The translations under genes and the position numbers were made by a program. Shown piece by piece: positions 24,196-33,611 of a DNA stretch of 64,000 nucleotides. Position 1 is the first letter of the stretch; every line of letters starts with the position of its first letter. The stretch is from Acidobacteriota bacterium (lineage in GTDB: Bacteria > Acidobacteriota > Thermoanaerobaculia > Multivoradales > UBA5704), in NCBI GenBank assembly GCA_046765915.1, contig JBKPTH010000123.1, positions 1,713 to 65,712 of the forward strand, in the 5' to 3' direction. Below the pieces are notes generated by a model that was not told the DNA's origin, made no database searches, and was given only the letters and a program-made list of their open reading frames with translations.

Positions 24196-25899
24196 ATGGA
24201 GCGGAAGATCGATCCGGCGTCGGATCAGAAGCCCATCGGCATCTGGATTCGGGTCTCGACCGAAGACCAAGCCCAGGGCGAGAGCCCCAAGCATCACGAG
24301 ATGCGCGCCCGAAGCTACGCCGACTCGCGCGGTTGGAAGGTCGCCGAGGTCTACCACCTGGAAGGCGTCTCCGGGAAATCCGTCATGGAGCACCCGGAGA
24401 CGAAGCGGATGATGATTGACGTGCGCCGCAAGCGGATCACGGGCCTCATCTTCTCGAAGCTCGCGAGACTCGCGCGGAACACGAAGGAGCTACTGGAGTT
24501 TTCGGAGTACTTCCGGGAGCACGGGGCGGATCTCGTCTCGCTGCAGGAGTCGATCGACACCTCGACCCCGCACGGCCGCCTCTTCTACACCATGATCGCG
24601 GCCATGGCCGAGTGGGAGCGGGAGGAGATCGCCTCCCGGGTCGCGGCTTCCGTGCCTATCCGGGCGCGGCTCGGGAAGCCGATTTCCAGTCCGCCGCCCC
24701 TCGGGTACCGCTGGGTAGACAAGCGGATGGAGGTCCATCCCGAGGAGGCTCCGCTGCGGCGCTTGATCTACGATCTCTTCAAGGAGCACAAGCGCGTGAA
24801 GACGGTGGCGAAGCTCCTGAATGACGCCGGCTACCGGAGCCGCAAGGGCAGGCCTTTCCAGGGCCTAACCGTGGAGCGGCTCCTTACGGACCCGAGCGCC
24901 AAGGGCCTCCGGAGGGCCAACTACACAAAGATGGTGAAGGGAAGGCCGGTCCTGAAGCCCGAGTCGGAATGGGTCCTCGTGCCCTGTCCCGCAATCATCT
25001 CCGAGGAGCTTTGGGAGGAGTGCAATGCTCTCCTCCAGGCCCGCAAAGCTTCCCGGAAGCCCATTACGAAGCGGGCCGTCTACGTCTTCGCGGGCTACGT
25101 CTACTGCGCCTGCGGGGAGAAGATGTACGTGCGCTCCAACACCCCGAAATACGTCTGCATGAGCTGCCGCAGGAAGGTCGCGATCAGGGACTTGGATCAT
25201 GCTTTCCAGAGCGAGCTGGAGCGCTTCACCCTCTCTCCCAAGGCCATCGCCGCCTGGCTCGCCCAAGGGACCGAGGCCGTATCAGCGCAGGAGGAACGCC
25301 TCGGCGCCCTACTCCGGGAGCGGGAGCGCCTCGGGAAGGAAGCCGACAAGCTCTACCGCCTCTACCAGGAGGATGCCCTCTCGGTCGATGGCTTCCGGGA
25401 GCGTCACCGGCCCCTCGAAGAACGCCTCGCGGGGCTCGGTATGGAGACCTCCAGCCTCCAGGGGGAGATCGACTTCCTCAAAGTGAAAACGGTCATGCAG
25501 GATGAGATCCTCGGCCACACCCGGGAGCTTGCCCAAAACTGGCTTACCATGGACCTCCAAGGGAAGCGGACTGTGGTCGAGGGCCTCCTCAAACGCATCG
25601 TGGTCCACCCGGACGCCGTGGACATCGTCTTCGCGAACCTCCCGCTCCTCTCTGAGATAATGGCAAATGGGCCACCTGGTCCCGCCGCTACGACCCTCCG
25701 GCGATTTCTGTTTTCTCCGAGGAGCGCGGCTTCCTGGGCTACACTCCCCCGCCATGAGAAACCGAGTCGCCGCCGCTTTCTGCCTCCTCGCTTTCTGGGC
25801 CCCCGCCGCGTTCGCCGTCGAGGGCAAATGGACTCCCGAGCAGGTGCTCGAGCACGATCCGCAATGGCTGCGCGCGTTGGGTCTCGAGATCCCTCCTGA
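24196..25899 (+). CDS. Large serine recombinase (3' end probably extended artificially across the element junction)
   Basis: IGIWIRVSTEDQ (catalytic Ser), LIFSKLARLARN, recombinase domain, zinc ribbon YVYCACGEKMY...YVCMSCRRK, coiled coil. The last ~75 codons are Arg/Pro-rich and overlap the next gene. Confidence 0.9.
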   Translation: MERKIDPASDQKPIGIWIRVSTEDQAQGESPKHHEMRARSYADSRGWKVAEVYHLEGVSGKSVMEHPETKRMMIDVRRKRITGLIFSKLARLARNTKELLEFSEYFREHGADLVSLQESIDTSTPHGRLFYTMIAAMAEWEREEIASRVAASVPIRARLGKPISSPPPLGYRWVDKRMEVHPEEAPLRRLIYDLFKEHKRVKTVAKLLNDAGYRSRKGRPFQGLTVERLLTDPSAKGLRRANYTKMVKGRPVLKPESEWVLVPCPAIISEELWEECNALLQARKASRKPITKRAVYVFAGYVYCACGEKMYVRSNTPKYVCMSCRRKVAIRDLDHAFQSELERFTLSPKAIAAWLAQGTEAVSAQEERLGALLRERERLGKEADKLYRLYQEDALSVDGFRERHRPLEERLAGLGMETSSLQGEIDFLKVKTVMQDEILGHTRELAQNWLTMDLQGKRTVVEGLLKRIVVHPDAVDIVFANLPLLSEIMANGPPGPAATTLRRFLFSPRSAASWATLPRHEKPSRRRFLPPRFLGPRRVRRRGQMDSRAGARARSAMAARVGSRDPS

Positions 25900-27916
25900 G
25901 AAGCTGTGGAGCCGCGAGGGCGGCGGCCTGCTGGAGGCGGCGGTGAAGATCGAGGGCTGCTCGGCCGGCTTCATCTCGCCCCAGGGGCTGCTGATCACCA
26001 ACCACCACTGCGCCTTCAGCATCCTGCAGCAGCACTCGACGCCCGAGCGGGACCTCATCACCCACGGCTTCCTCGCCCGCACGGCGGCCGAGGAGCTGCC
26101 CGGCGCGGGAACCCACGCGGCCCTCCCCCACCGCACCACCGACGTCACCGCCGAGGTGGAGGCCGCCGTGCCGGCGGGAGCGGACGACCTGGCGCGCTTC
26201 CGCGCCGTCGAGCGCAAGCAGAAGGAGCTGGTGGCGGCCTGCGAGGAGGCCGCGCACCGCCGGTGCGATGTCGCCGCCTTCGACGGCGGCCTGCGCTACG
26301 TGCTGGTGGAGAACCTCGAGTTTCCCGACGTGCGGCTGGTCTACGCGCCGCCGCGCGCCGTGGGCGAATACGGCGGCGAGATCGACAACTGGAGCTGGCC
26401 GCGCCACACCGGCGACTTCGCCCTGCTGCGGGTCTACGCCGGCCCGGACGGCCAGCCCGCCGAGAAAGCGGACGCCAACGTCCCCTACCATCCTCGGCAC
26501 TGGTTTCCGGTGTCGCCGCGCGGAGCCGAGCCGGACGGCTTCGTCTTCGTCCCCGGCTACCCGAGCACCCCCACCTATCGCTCCTACACCGAAGCCGAGA
26601 TACGCGAGCGGGCGGAGCTCTACTTCCCGCGCCGCGCCGAGCTGTACCGCGCCTGGATCGATCTCATGGAGGCCGCCGCCGCCAAGGACGAAGCCGCCCG
26701 CATCGCGCTCGCGGACCGCTTGAAGATCCTCGCCAACCGGCAGAAGAACGCCCGCGGCCAGGTGGACGGCATCCGCCGCGGCCGCATCCTGGAGGGCAAG
26801 GCAGCCGCCGAGCGGGACGTCCTGGCGTGGGCCGCGAAACGTCCCGAGCAGGCGGCCGCGGTGGCCGCTCGTGACGAGCTGGCGAGGCTCGTCGCCGAGC
26901 GCCGGCGCACCTGGGACCGCGACTTCCTGCTCGATCAGGCGAAGAACGGTCCCAAGCCTCTCGAGCTGGCGCTCATTCTCGTCCGCTGGGCGGACGAGAA
27001 GGCCAAGCCGGATCTCGAACGCGAGCCGGACTACCAGGAGCGCAACCGCCAGCGCCTGGCCGAGCGGCTGGAGCGCGAGCAGAAGCGCATGCACCCGCCG
27101 GCCGAGGCCGCTCTCCTCACCGACGTCCTCACCCGCCTCGCCAATCTTCCGCAGGCGAGCCGCGTGCCGGCCGTCGAGGCCGTGCTGGGCGGCGCCCGCG
27201 AGAGCGGCGCCATCCGCGCCAGGGTGGACGATCTCCTCGCGAAGTCACGGGTGACCGACGCCGCCGAGCGCAAGCGGATGTTCGACGAGAGCGCCGAGCA
27301 GCTCCGCGCGCGGCGCGATCCGCTCCTCGATCTGGCCTTCGCCCTGGACCGCGAGCTGCTGGACCTCAAAGAACGGGACGACCGCTTCAAGGGTGCGGTC
27401 TCGCGCCTGCGTCCCCGCTGGCAGCGGGCCGTCATCGCGCACGCCGGCCGGCCGGTGGCGCCGGACGCCAACGGCACGCTGCGCGTGAGCTTCGCCAAGG
27501 TACAGGGCTACAGCCCCCGCGACGGCGAGTGGATGTTGCCGCAGACGACCGTCGGCGGAGTCGTGCGGAAGGACACCGGAGAGGAGCCTTTCAACGCGCC
27601 GCGGGAGCTGCTCGCCGCCGCGCCCAAGGCGCCGGAGAGCCGCTGGGCGGACGGGCGCCTGAAGGACGTCCCGGTCAACTTCCTCGCCGACGCCGACACC
27701 ACCGGCGGCAACTCCGGCAGCCCCGTCCTCAACGGCCGGGGAGAGCTGGTGGGAGTCAACTTCGATCGCGTCTGGGAGAACGTGGCCAACGACTTCGGCT
27801 ACAACCCGGAGGTGGCGCGCAACGTCAGCGTCGACGTCCGCTACGCGCTCTGGGTGCTCGAGACGCTCTACGGCGAGGCGGGCCGCGGGCTGCTGGTGGA
27901 GATGGGGATTCGATAA
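25754..27916 (+). CDS. S46 family dipeptidyl-peptidase (DPP7/DPP11-like)
   Basis: Signal peptide MRNRVAAAFCLLAFWAPAAFA. GCSAGFISPQGLLITNHHC (catalytic His block) and GGNSGSPVLNGRGELVGVNFD (catalytic Ser block). Confidence 0.85.
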   Translation: MRNRVAAAFCLLAFWAPAAFAVEGKWTPEQVLEHDPQWLRALGLEIPPEKLWSREGGGLLEAAVKIEGCSAGFISPQGLLITNHHCAFSILQQHSTPERDLITHGFLARTAAEELPGAGTHAALPHRTTDVTAEVEAAVPAGADDLARFRAVERKQKELVAACEEAAHRRCDVAAFDGGLRYVLVENLEFPDVRLVYAPPRAVGEYGGEIDNWSWPRHTGDFALLRVYAGPDGQPAEKADANVPYHPRHWFPVSPRGAEPDGFVFVPGYPSTPTYRSYTEAEIRERAELYFPRRAELYRAWIDLMEAAAAKDEAARIALADRLKILANRQKNARGQVDGIRRGRILEGKAAAERDVLAWAAKRPEQAAAVAARDELARLVAERRRTWDRDFLLDQAKNGPKPLELALILVRWADEKAKPDLEREPDYQERNRQRLAERLEREQKRMHPPAEAALLTDVLTRLANLPQASRVPAVEAVLGGARESGAIRARVDDLLAKSRVTDAAERKRMFDESAEQLRARRDPLLDLAFALDRELLDLKERDDRFKGAVSRLRPRWQRAVIAHAGRPVAPDANGTLRVSFAKVQGYSPRDGEWMLPQTTVGGVVRKDTGEEPFNAPRELLAAAPKAPESRWADGRLKDVPVNFLADADTTGGNSGSPVLNGRGELVGVNFDRVWENVANDFGYNPEVARNVSVDVRYALWVLETLYGEAGRGLLVEMGIR

Positions 27917-27919
27917 GGG

Positions 27920-30900
27920 TCAGGCCGCCGCCGCCAGCCGCTTGAAGCCGCGCGTTTTCGCTTCCTTGCGTACGGCGGCGAGGGCGGCCTCCGCCGCGGG
28001 ATCTTTCAGGCTGCGCTGGAGCTCGGCGAGGGCGAGCCGAGCTTCCAGGCCGGCGGCGATGAAACCGCTCCTCGCCGCTTCGGCGGTGGCGTGGCGCAGC
28101 AGCTCGACCGCCTCCTGCGGCTGTCCCAAGGCGATTTCGCTCTGCGCCAGCCGCAGATCGACCATGACGCGCACCTCGCGGTCTTCGCACGCCTCCACCC
28201 TGGCGCGCGCCTCCGCCGCAGCCTGGCGGCCCTTCTCCTTCCGGCCTTGACGTACCAGCGCCTCGGCGAGCAGCGACAGGGCCTCGGCCTCGCCGCCGGG
28301 GATCCCACGCTCGCGGTACCAGGCCGCCGCCTCGCCGGCGAGGAGCGCGGCCTCCCCGGGTTGGCCGGCGGCCAGGGCGAGCCCGGCGAGGTCGAGGCGG
28401 ATCTCCATGGCCCGCAGAGTCTCGCCGAGGGATGAGGCGGAGCGCAGGGCTTCCTCGAACGAGCCCCGCGCGGCGGCGAGATCTCCGGCGGCGAGCTCGA
28501 CGCGGCCCCGGTTCTGGAGCGCCCGGGCGGCGAGGGATTTCGCGCCGGTTTCCCGCGCGATCCGGAGCTGTTCCTCGGCCATGGCACGGGACGCGGCGAG
28601 ATCCCCCATCTCGTAGGCCAGCCAGGCGCGCGAGCCGAGGACGCGGCCGGCACCGATCCGATCGCCGGCCTGCTGCATGGTGCTCAGGGCCCGCGCCGAT
28701 CGCTGCCAGGCCGCGCGCGGATCGCCGAGCCTCGCCGTGGCGTCGGCCCACGCGGCCAGCGCCGACGCGGCGAGGCCCGGGTCTCCCGATTTTTGCAATT
28801 GATCGAAGGCCTTCCCATGGCGGCGCAGGGCTTCGTCGAGCTCGCCACGGACCGCCATGACGCCGCCGAGACCGTCGAGAGCAACCGCCTCTTCCGTGAG
28901 GCCGCCGGTCGACTGGCTGAATTGCAGGGCCGTCTCGAATCGCTGCTGGGCCCCCGCGAGGTCCCCCTGCCCGCGGAGGGCCGAGCCCGCCGCGTTCAGG
29001 GCCCGCGCTTCCAGCAGCCGGTCTCCCATCCTGGCGTACCACTGGCGGGATTGCTCGAACCGCGCCGAGGCCTCTCGCAGATCGCCACCGTCCCGCTGCA
29101 TCACGCCGAGATTGTAGAGCTGCGACGCCATGCCGATCGCGCTGCCCAGGCGGTGCGCGATGGCGAGCGACTCCTCGTGCGCTTTCTGCGCCCCCGCGAG
29201 ATCGCCCAGGATCTGCAGTCCGTTGCCGACGTTGGCGAGCGCGCGGCCGATTCCCAACTGATAGCCGCCTTTCTCGCACAGCGCCGCGGATTCCCGATAG
29301 AGGCGGATCGCCTCCCGCGTCCGTCCCAGCTTCTCCAGCGCCTGCCCTTCGAAGACGAGCGCCTGGGCGACGAGCAGGCTCTGTCCGGACCTCCTGCCCT
29401 TCGCCGCGGCCCTCTCGGCCGCCAGCTTTTCGGTGCCGTAGTCGGCAAGGCGCGAGGCATTCCGGGCCTCGATGAGATCGATGTGCGGATCCTCGCCCAT
29501 CGGCGGCGGCAGCTTGCGCAGTGCCGCCAGGGCCTCCGTCGCTTCGGCGCCGCGGCCGCCGGTCATCAGGCTCTCGGCCAGCTCCACCCCGGAGTCGAGG
29601 TCATCCGGATGGAAGGTCCAGAGAGTGAGATAGGTGCGGCTCGCCTGCTCCCAGTCCTTCGCCGCCTTGTAGAAGCGCCCGTCGATCGCCAGCCGGGCCT
29701 CCCGCGACAACGGCCGCGCCAGCTTCCGCGCCTGCCTCGCCTCCTCGACGGCCCGCACGTCGTAGCCGAGCGCCGACCAGGCCTGCGAGAGGGCGGAATG
29801 GATCATCGGCGACTCCGGATCGGCCGCGGCGGCTTGCTGCAGGAAGGAGAGCGCCCCGGGAGGGTCGAAGGCACGCAGCCGCGAGAGACCTTCGGCATAG
29901 AGCTTCTGCGCCTTGGAGCTCGCCAACCGCAGGGCGCGGGTTTCGCGGACCTGCTGCGGCGACGGCTCTTCGATCTCCAGCGATCGCCGCAGGTCCATGC
30001 CGGTATGGGTGACGAGATCGAACAGCTCCGCCTCGGTGCCGACCTCCGCCAGCGAGGCCACCATCTCGCCGCCCGGAGCTCCCAACACCCGGACGTCGAG
30101 ACGGATCTTGTCGCGCAGCGGCAGATAGGAGCCGACGACGAGGAAATCGGCGCCCAAGGCCTCGTGCAGTCGTTGCAGCTCGGCCGGCCCTAGGCTGACG
30201 GGATCGCGCAGCCCCAGCGAAGCCCGCGCCTGCGCCACGGTCTCGCCGCGGATCACCCGCATCGAGCCTCCCGCCGCGAGCTCCGTCGCCAGCATCTCGG
30301 TGAAGGCGGTGTCGAGCCAGCGCGTGCCGTCGCCGGGCGAAAGGCTCTTGAATCCCAGCACCGCGATGGCCCGCCGGACCGCGGGACCGCCGGCGCCGGT
30401 CCGCGGCAGGGAAGGCTGCCGATCGGCCCGCAGGAGGAACCCGGCGAGCACCGCCAGCACCGCCACCGCCGCGAGCACCGCCAGGACTCCGAACGGCAGC
30501 CGCCGCCTGCGGAGCAGCGCCGGCGCGGCGGGAGCTTCGACGACCGGGATCTCCTCGCCGGGCGGCGCCGCGGCGGCGGGAGCCGGCGGCGCTTCCACGA
30601 CGATGGGCATCTCGCCGGTGGATTGGCGCTCCATCCGCTGCACCTCGCCGGCGAAGGAGTATCCCTGCCCGGGTATGGTGACGATGAAGCGGTTGCCACC
30701 CGCCCGCTCCCCCAGGGTCTTGCGCAGCGAAAAGACGTTCTGCGTCAGGTTCGCGTCGCTGACGAACATCCCCGGCCAGACCCGCTCGATGAGCTCCTTC
30801 TTCTCCACCACGTCGCCCGCGCGCTCGAGCAGGACGAGGAGGATCGACAGGGCCTTCGGCGTGATCGCCACCGGCTCGCCGCGGCGGTAGAGGACGCGGC

Positions 30901-30979
30901 GCACGGGATCGGCGCGGAAGGCGTCGAACTCGTAGACCACGCGCTCCTTCTCCTCGGAGCCGGCAGACCCTATTTTCAT
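27920..30979 (-). CDS. OmpR/PhoB-type winged-helix DNA-binding protein with TM segment and long TPR region
   Basis: N-terminus YEFDAFRADPVRRVLYRRGEPVAITPKALSILLVLLE...IVTIPGQGYSF (trans_reg_C). TM segment FGVLAVLAAVAVLAVLAGFLL. Many TPR-like repeats follow. Confidence 0.8.
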   Translation of the reverse strand: MKIGSAGSEEKERVVYEFDAFRADPVRRVLYRRGEPVAITPKALSILLVLLERAGDVVEKKELIERVWPGMFVSDANLTQNVFSLRKTLGERAGGNRFIVTIPGQGYSFAGEVQRMERQSTGEMPIVVEAPPAPAAAAPPGEEIPVVEAPAAPALLRRRRLPFGVLAVLAAVAVLAVLAGFLLRADRQPSLPRTGAGGPAVRRAIAVLGFKSLSPGDGTRWLDTAFTEMLATELAAGGSMRVIRGETVAQARASLGLRDPVSLGPAELQRLHEALGADFLVVGSYLPLRDKIRLDVRVLGAPGGEMVASLAEVGTEAELFDLVTHTGMDLRRSLEIEEPSPQQVRETRALRLASSKAQKLYAEGLSRLRAFDPPGALSFLQQAAAADPESPMIHSALSQAWSALGYDVRAVEEARQARKLARPLSREARLAIDGRFYKAAKDWEQASRTYLTLWTFHPDDLDSGVELAESLMTGGRGAEATEALAALRKLPPPMGEDPHIDLIEARNASRLADYGTEKLAAERAAAKGRRSGQSLLVAQALVFEGQALEKLGRTREAIRLYRESAALCEKGGYQLGIGRALANVGNGLQILGDLAGAQKAHEESLAIAHRLGSAIGMASQLYNLGVMQRDGGDLREASARFEQSRQWYARMGDRLLEARALNAAGSALRGQGDLAGAQQRFETALQFSQSTGGLTEEAVALDGLGGVMAVRGELDEALRRHGKAFDQLQKSGDPGLAASALAAWADATARLGDPRAAWQRSARALSTMQQAGDRIGAGRVLGSRAWLAYEMGDLAASRAMAEEQLRIARETGAKSLAARALQNRGRVELAAGDLAAARGSFEEALRSASSLGETLRAMEIRLDLAGLALAAGQPGEAALLAGEAAAWYRERGIPGGEAEALSLLAEALVRQGRKEKGRQAAAEARARVEACEDREVRVMVDLRLAQSEIALGQPQEAVELLRHATAEAARSGFIAAGLEARLALAELQRSLKDPAAEAALAAVRKEAKTRGFKRLAAAA

Positions 30980-31077
30980 GATTTACTTTTAGAGACTATA
31001 ACGCAAATGAGCCGAGCGGGTACGATTTGCTTCCGGCCCCACGAAATGTTCTCCCGGAGTCCGTCACTACTGGGTGT

Positions 31078-31126
31078 AGGAGAGCTCGAAGCTCGGCGGC
31101 AATGGTAAATCTCTTCGAGCTCTCCT
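31078..31126 (-). terminator. Perfect 14-bp inverted repeat just downstream of ppa (terminator or operator)
   Basis: aggagagctcgaag (31078-31091) and cttcgagctctcct (31113-31126). No clear T-tract. Confidence 0.35.
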
Positions 31127-31132
31127 AATCCT

Positions 31133-31828
31133 TTACGCCTTTTCCCGCCTGCCGAGGACTTCCAGCAGCCGGTGCTCCAGCTGCGGGAACCGGCTGCGGT
31201 AGTCGTCGCGGCTCCTCTCGATCACGTCGCGCGCCTCGCCGCTGCCGTAGACGTGGGTGATCTCGATGGCGCTCCGCTCCGCCTCGGGCGGCCGCTTGTA
31301 GGTGAGAAAGTAGTGCTTGAGCCGCTCGACGAGCGCCTCGGGCACGTCGGAGATCTCCCGCCACTTTCCGAACGTCGCGTCCCCCTTGAGCACGGCGATG
31401 ATCTTGTCATCCGCCTGGTTGCGGTCGATCAGGCGCAGGCCGCCGACCGGCACCGCCTGCAGCAGGAAATCGCCGTGCGAGAAGGCGTTCTCGGCGAGGA
31501 TGCAGACGTCCAGCGGATCGCCGTCCCCCTCCACCGTCGGCAGCCGGGTCTTCTCCTGCGACAGCTCGGCCACCCGCGGGCCGCAGAAGGTCTGGGGGAT
31601 GAAGCCGTAGAGCGTCGGGCAGACGTTCGAGAACTGCTGCGGCCGGTCCACCTTGAGATGGCCGCTGGCCTTGTCGATCTCGTACTTCACCGTGTCGGTG
31701 GGCACGATCTCGACGTAGGCGGTCACCACCCTGGGCGCGTCGGCACCGATCGACACGCCATGCCAGGGATGCGCCTTGAGGAGCAGCCCCAGCAGCTCCC
31801 AGGCCCGTTCAGGATCCCTCTCGTCCAT
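31133..31828 (-). CDS. ppa: Inorganic pyrophosphatase (family I)
   Basis: YVEIVPTDTVKYEIDK, DGDPLDVCIL and DDKIIAV are classical family I PPase motifs. Confidence 0.9.
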   Translation of the reverse strand: MDERDPERAWELLGLLLKAHPWHGVSIGADAPRVVTAYVEIVPTDTVKYEIDKASGHLKVDRPQQFSNVCPTLYGFIPQTFCGPRVAELSQEKTRLPTVEGDGDPLDVCILAENAFSHGDFLLQAVPVGGLRLIDRNQADDKIIAVLKGDATFGKWREISDVPEALVERLKHYFLTYKRPPEAERSAIEITHVYGSGEARDVIERSRDDYRSRFPQLEHRLLEVLGRREKA

Positions 31829-31892
31829 GTAATCCCCTCTCGCTCTCCAGGACCGCGGCGCAACCCGGGAATCCTAATATGATCGGCGCGCC

Positions 31893-32090
31893 ATGAGATG
31901 GCTGGCCGTCTGGATCTTTCTCGCCGGGGTCTATCTGGCCGGACAGCTCGGCATTCCACTCCTGCTCGGCGGGAGCTGGAGCTACACCCGGGAGGACGCC
32001 GCCCACCTCGCCACGGTTCCCTTCGTCCAGACCGCGTCTCTGTGGATCGTGACCTGGGTGCGGCGGGGCGTACGCTCCCGTCTCCACTAA
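31893..32090 (+). CDS. Possible small membrane protein (65 aa)
   Basis: Two hydrophobic segments. ORF only. Confidence 0.3.
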   Translation: MRWLAVWIFLAGVYLAGQLGIPLLLGGSWSYTREDAAHLATVPFVQTASLWIVTWVRRGVRSRLH

Positions 32091-33409
32091 CGCCGCACCA
32101 CCGTCAACACCGTCCTGCCGTCCTGCTGAGCGCCCCGGGCCAGCGCGATCCGTTCGCCGCCGGGAAGGTTGAACGCCGAGAGGAAGCGCTCGCGCTCGAA
32201 ATCCGGGGCCTCCTCCTCGTCGCTCCCGCGCCGGTCCTTCTTCGGCGCGCCGGCCACGGTCACCGACCAGACCGGCCTCCCCGCCAGCGGACGCGAGCCC
32301 GTGGCATCGCCGGCGTAGAGGAGGAGACGGTCCCTCACCATCACCAGGAGGTCCGGCACGCCGTCCGCCGTCAGATCGGTGCCGTACAGCCAGTCGGCGG
32401 CCTCGTCGTTCAGCTTCCAGCGCCGCGGCTCGGGATCGAATTTTCCTCGTCCGAGGCCGCGATAGACCGTGACCTGCAGCTCCTTGCCCCGCAATCCTCC
32501 GAGATGGACGAGGACGAGGTCCTTGCCGAGATCGCCGACGGCGTTGACGGACGTCACGTCGAGGGGATACCAGAGCGGACAGTCCGTCTCGAAGGCCAGG
32601 ACTGGAGCGCTGCCCTTGCGCGAACGGTCCTTGCCGAGGACGAACAGCCGGAAGCGCTTCTTGGCGAGCAGGCCGATCCTCTCGAACGTCGCCGCCGCGA
32701 GCGCCGGCGTGCCGTCGAACCGCAGATAGCGCCGGTCGTCCGTCAGCCGCTCGTCCGCCGGCAGCAGCGACCAGGCCTCCTCCATCTCGCCGCCGGCAGG
32801 TGGAAGCAGCAGCGTCTTGAGCCTGCGCCGGCCCACCTCCTGCGGACCGATCGCGAACAGAGGCGGATCGCCGGTCAGCAACGTCACCGGCGGACTGGTG
32901 AGGCGCAGGCCCCACCGCAGCCGCTCGGCACGCACCGGCAGAGGAAACGACGCGCGCCGCGCCAGCGAGCCGGACGCAGACCCGAGCAGCTCGAGCAAAC
33001 CCGTTCTGGCTACCGGCAGCCAAGGCCGGCCCGCGAGAGTCCCGGTCACGGAGCGCAGATCCACGTTCGCCTGCTCCAGGACCTTGCGCGACGCGGTGAA
33101 CAGCGTACCGGGCATGCCGGCGATCGGCACCTCAGCCCCATCCCCCGCGACATCGAACGCCGCCAGGGCATTGACCTCCTCGTGCAGCCCGCCAACCAGC
33201 CGCTCCACACCCCGCCGCGCCGGATCGAGAAACAGCAGGCTCTTCGCACCCTTGCCGTCGCGATGGGCCGCGACCAGCAGCGCGATACCGGGCCGGCCGC
33301 CGGGACCGGTGGCGGCGACGGCTTGCACGAGGGTGCCGGGGAGGGGGAGGGTGAAGGTTTCGGGGTGGGCGGGGACCGCGCAGAAAACAAGAACAAGAAT
33401 CGCGGACAT
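32087..33409 (-). CDS. FG-GAP/VCBS-like repeat protein, secreted
   Basis: Signal peptide from ATG 33409 (MSAILVLVFCAVPAHP). FDVAGDGAE and DLTADGVPDLLV are FG-GAP-type Ca-binding loops. Confidence 0.6.
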   Translation of the reverse strand: MSAILVLVFCAVPAHPETFTLPLPGTLVQAVAATGPGGRPGIALLVAAHRDGKGAKSLLFLDPARRGVERLVGGLHEEVNALAAFDVAGDGAEVPIAGMPGTLFTASRKVLEQANVDLRSVTGTLAGRPWLPVARTGLLELLGSASGSLARRASFPLPVRAERLRWGLRLTSPPVTLLTGDPPLFAIGPQEVGRRRLKTLLLPPAGGEMEEAWSLLPADERLTDDRRYLRFDGTPALAAATFERIGLLAKKRFRLFVLGKDRSRKGSAPVLAFETDCPLWYPLDVTSVNAVGDLGKDLVLVHLGGLRGKELQVTVYRGLGRGKFDPEPRRWKLNDEAADWLYGTDLTADGVPDLLVMVRDRLLLYAGDATGSRPLAGRPVWSVTVAGAPKKDRRGSDEEEAPDFERERFLSAFNLPGGERIALARGAQQDGRTVLTVVRR

Positions 33410-33449
33410 GACGACGACGGTCCTGCCTGGACGGATCGTCGTCCGCCGC

Positions 33450-33611
33450 CGCTGGCCCCTCACTCCCCCTTCCCCCTCTCTCCCACCGCACTCCCGCCCA
33501 CCGGGAGAGAGGGGGTTTTAAAAAGCAAACTAATTTCTTCTTCTGCAGTCTCCCTCCTCTCCCCGGGCGGGCGGGTGTGAGGTGGGAGAGGAGGGCCGGG
33601 GAGGTGAGGGG
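33450..33611. repeat. ~160-bp double-hairpin intergenic repeat element, copy 1
   Basis: Near-identical to 63764-63916. Contains the hairpins ccctctctccc/gggagagaggg (33474-33484/33503-33513) and ccctcctctccc/gggagaggaggg, separated by an AT-rich spacer. Confidence 0.85.

Larger units (their letters stand above)
1..25700. mobile_element. Composite integrated mobile-element region (one large or several tandem/nested elements); right junction near 25.65-25.75 kb, left boundary not identified (possibly outside window)
   Basis: Density of mobility genes: 2 serine recombinases, primase, replication-relaxation protein, 2 T4CP-like ATPases, ORF6N and XRE regulators. Mosaic base composition by eye. 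Abrupt switch to housekeeping genes after 25.75 kb. Confidence 0.6.

Noticed and set aside
25640-25760. tRNA or tmRNA gene as integration target at the element junction
   Set aside because: No cloverleaf-compatible sequence or T-loop (GGTTCGAATCC-like) motif was seen there or elsewhere in the window.
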